DNA of 59,735 bases. Source: Ignavibacteriota bacterium (lineage in GTDB: Bacteria; Bacteroidota; Ignavibacteria; Kapaibacteriales; UBA2268). Location: NCBI GenBank assembly GCA_041855325.1, contig JBHADY010000180.1:1-59735 (forward strand), in the 5' to 3' direction. This document shows positions 57,560 to 59,735 of this stretch, in pieces (position 1 is the stretch's first letter; each line of letters begins with the position of its first letter). A model generated the notes under the pieces. That model was not told the origin of the DNA, ran no database searches, and worked only from the letters and a program-made list of their open reading frames with translations. A program made the position numbers and the translations under genes.

Positions 57560-58579
57560 ATGCTCGATCAAATAAAATCTATAGGCGAAGAACTAAGCGA
57601 AAAGCTGGCACAAATTAAAGATTTAAATGCCCTCGAAGAACTGCGATTAGAGTACTTCGTGAAAAAAGGAAAAATCCAACAACTCGTGGATAAACTAAAA
57701 GAAGTACCAAAAGAAAGCAAGCCTTTAATCGGAAAAGAGCTGAATATTATGAAGTCAAAAGCTGAGGGACTCTTCAATTCCCTTAGAGAAAAGCTACAAG
57801 AAATGGCAGAGGAAACAAGCGACCTCGACCTAACTCTCCCAGGTAGAAGAAGCTACAAAGGTGGCGTGCATCCAGTTATGCAAACTCTAAACGAAATGAT
57901 TGACATCTTTACGGAAATGGGTTTCGCCGTGGCTGAAGGTCCGGATATTGAAGACTCTTGGCACAACTTCGATGCTCTGAACTTCCCACCAGATCACCCA
58001 GCTCGCGATATGCAGGATACTTTCTTCGTGAAGAACCTTAGCGAGCACGTGCTCCGCACGCATACTTCTCCTGTGCAAATCCGCGTGATGCAAAGTTCTG
58101 ACCTGCCAATTAGAGCAATTATGCCGGGCAGAGTATATAGAAACGAAGCAATTAGCGCGCGTTCTTTAGCTGAGTTTTATCAAATCGAGGGTTTATACAT
58201 AGACAAGAATGTAACTTTCGCAGAGCTGAAAAGCACGCTAATGACTTTCGCAAAGAAAATGTATGGCGAAAACTCCGAGTTCCGTTTCCGTCCTTCCTTC
58301 TTCCCATTCACAGAACCAAGTGCAGAAATGGACATTTCTTGTTACATTTGCGAGGGCAATGGTTGCAGAATATGCAAGAGCACAGGTTGGTTAGAAATAG
58401 CAGGCTGCGGAATGGTTCATCCGAACGTACTTCGCGCTGGCGGAATTGATCCTGAAGTTTATTCCGGTTACGCATTTGGTTTCGGCATAGAGCGCGTAAC
58501 TATGCTCCGCACCGGCTTAGACGACATCCGCCTTCTTTACGATAATGATATGCGCGTGATGAAGCAAATCGGTGGATAA
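57560..58579 (+). CDS. pheS: Phenylalanine--tRNA ligase alpha subunit
   Basis: HPVMQTLNEMIDIF, FDALNFPPDHPARDMQDTFF, LRTHTSPVQIR, GRVYRNE, FRPSFFPFTEPSAE, GFGIERVTML class II motifs. The ORF begins at 57476, but the Met at 57560 (MLDQIKSIGEEL) fits the family N-terminus. Confidence 0.9.
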   Translation: MLDQIKSIGEELSEKLAQIKDLNALEELRLEYFVKKGKIQQLVDKLKEVPKESKPLIGKELNIMKSKAEGLFNSLREKLQEMAEETSDLDLTLPGRRSYKGGVHPVMQTLNEMIDIFTEMGFAVAEGPDIEDSWHNFDALNFPPDHPARDMQDTFFVKNLSEHVLRTHTSPVQIRVMQSSDLPIRAIMPGRVYRNEAISARSLAEFYQIEGLYIDKNVTFAELKSTLMTFAKKMYGENSEFRFRPSFFPFTEPSAEMDISCYICEGNGCRICKSTGWLEIAGCGMVHPNVLRAGGIDPEVYSGYAFGFGIERVTMLRTGLDDIRLLYDNDMRVMKQIGG

Positions 58580-58601
58580 TCTATATATTCACTTAAACGC
58601 A

Positions 58602-58637
58602 AACAGCCACTTTTTCCCGAAGGAGAAAGTGGCTGTT
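58602..58637 (+). terminator. Hairpin downstream of pheS
   Basis: Perfect 12-bp stem aacagccacttt (58602-58613) / aaagtggctgtt (58626-58637). No clear trailing T-run. Confidence 0.5.
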
Positions 58638-58712
58638 GTGGTAAATAATAAATATGAATATATCGAAATATATATTATATTTGTGTATTATAAAGTGTAA
58701 TTAATCTGCAAT

Positions 58713-59606
58713 ATGGATATTAACAATAACTTTTCAAGTATAGTAGCAAAAAAGATATTTGCCAATAAAGATAATGCTATAAAGTACTTAATAGAATTAG
58801 ATAAAATTAAATCAATTGGATTAAGGTATAATACTAATTATTCAGGAAATAAGACTATCAAAATGACTACTGAAGAAATATGGAATAAAATAGTTGAAAC
58901 TTGGAATACAAAAGATGCAGGGAATATTATAAGAGAGATTTTTATCCAAACAGACAAATATAAAAGCGGAAAAGACTCAATAAACACAATGAAAATATTA
59001 CTTGAGGAATGGCATAAATTGAAATTGGGTGAAATTGCTTGGCCCTTCTCTCAAGGAGATTTTGATAATTTTGTCCAAAGAATAAATGCAGAAAAAACTG
59101 ATGGAAACACTAAAGATAATAAAGTTAAAGAAGCTGCTGTAAAATTCCGCAGAATAAAAGAAATAAATACAGTAAGAAATGATTACATAGAAACTCTAAT
59201 ATTCGAGAAAAATGAAAATATTATTCCAACTCTCAACCATAGAAAAAATGTAGATTTCTTTATTAATGGTATATCATACGACCAAAAAGTAGCAAAAAGT
59301 CCAACAAAACAATTTATTAAACAATATGGTGATAATTGGAAAAAATACGCTATCGATAATCCAAAAGTAGTAGCAGAATATCTATACAAATACCAAGATG
59401 AAGGAAGATTTGCAGCTGACAGCAGATTGCTCGTCGTCTATCTCGATGAAAATGTTACTATTGAAAGAATAAACAGCATATTGAATGATACACAATTTAA
59501 TGAACCTTTAGAAGTAAATTTCACGTATATACATAATAAAAATAAATCAAATGAAAGTAAAACAAGCTATAAAGTAAAGTGTTTTATAATACTTTTGCAT
59601 AATTAA
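58713..59606 (+). CDS. Hypothetical protein; candidate restriction endonuclease of a second Type II R-M pair
   Basis: 297-aa very AT-rich ORF that ends 11 nt before a methyltransferase start. Possible PD-(D/E)xK-like element VDFFINGISYDQKV. No family recognised. Confidence 0.4.
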   Translation: MDINNNFSSIVAKKIFANKDNAIKYLIELDKIKSIGLRYNTNYSGNKTIKMTTEEIWNKIVETWNTKDAGNIIREIFIQTDKYKSGKDSINTMKILLEEWHKLKLGEIAWPFSQGDFDNFVQRINAEKTDGNTKDNKVKEAAVKFRRIKEINTVRNDYIETLIFEKNENIIPTLNHRKNVDFFINGISYDQKVAKSPTKQFIKQYGDNWKKYAIDNPKVVAEYLYKYQDEGRFAADSRLLVVYLDENVTIERINSILNDTQFNEPLEVNFTYIHNKNKSNESKTSYKVKCFIILLHN

Positions 59607-59617
59607 TCACTCCCATT

Positions 59618-59735
59618 ATGAACTACATAGGCTCAAAGAAAACTCTGATTAACTTTATTTCCTATACTATTGGCGAAGTTACCAATAATAAGATAGGTAC
59701 TTTCATTGATCTATTCGCTGGCACCGGAATAGTAG
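59618..59735 (+). CDS. DNA adenine methyltransferase, N-terminal fragment (truncated by window end)
   Basis: Manual translation from the ATG at 59618: MNYIGSKKTLINFISYTIGEVTNNKIGTFIDLFAGTGIV. It contains the Y-x-G-S/G-K N-terminal motif and the FxGxG SAM-binding motif (DLFAGTG), as in D12-class N6-adenine MTases. Confidence 0.65.
   Translation, partial: MNYIGSKKTLINFISYTIGEVTNNKIGTFIDLFAGTGIV

Overview
AT-rich bacterial chromosomal window, almost fully coding and mostly on the minus strand. The gene content suggests a flagellated member of the FCB superphylum (Ignavibacteria/Kapabacteria-like). This placement is an inference from three things found together: T9SS C-terminal sorting domains, TonB-dependent receptors with CarboxypepD_reg-type N-termini, and an flhF-flhG-fliA module.

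Main blocks:
1. 33-17079: three tandem, collinear paralogous genes for giant secreted proteins (2327, about 2000 and about 1200 aa). Each has a signal peptide, a shared uncharacterised N-terminal module, a GETEDY (GEVED-like) motif, parallel beta-helix repeats, Ig-like repeats and a T9SS sorting tail.
2. 17187-29282: a tightly packed minus-strand string (ABC-like ATPase, gapN-like ALDH, NUDIX, unknown secreted protein, murG). It is followed by a YitT protein, a TBDR, a thioesterase, a sugar transferase and a stand-alone nuoF.
3. 29363-37530: a CPA2 antiporter, ahcY, then an flhF-flhG-unknown-fliA-HDOD operon.
4. 37670-45463: a lipoprotein, argD-like aminotransferase, POT transporter, orphan parB, a His-rich small ORF and a second TBDR.
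5. 45709-59735: an origin-proximal type neighbourhood (mnmG, mnmE, cinA, pheS). It carries three identical perfect 16-bp parS-like palindromes (TGTTCCACGTGGAACA) flanking mnmG. Three visibly AT-richer restriction-modification modules are interleaved with it: one single-chain Type IIG enzyme, one R+M pair wedged between cinA and mnmE, and one R+M pair truncated at the window end.

No rRNA, tRNA, CRISPR array, transposase or integrase was recognised. All family assignments come from motif recognition by eye. Domain boundaries are approximate.
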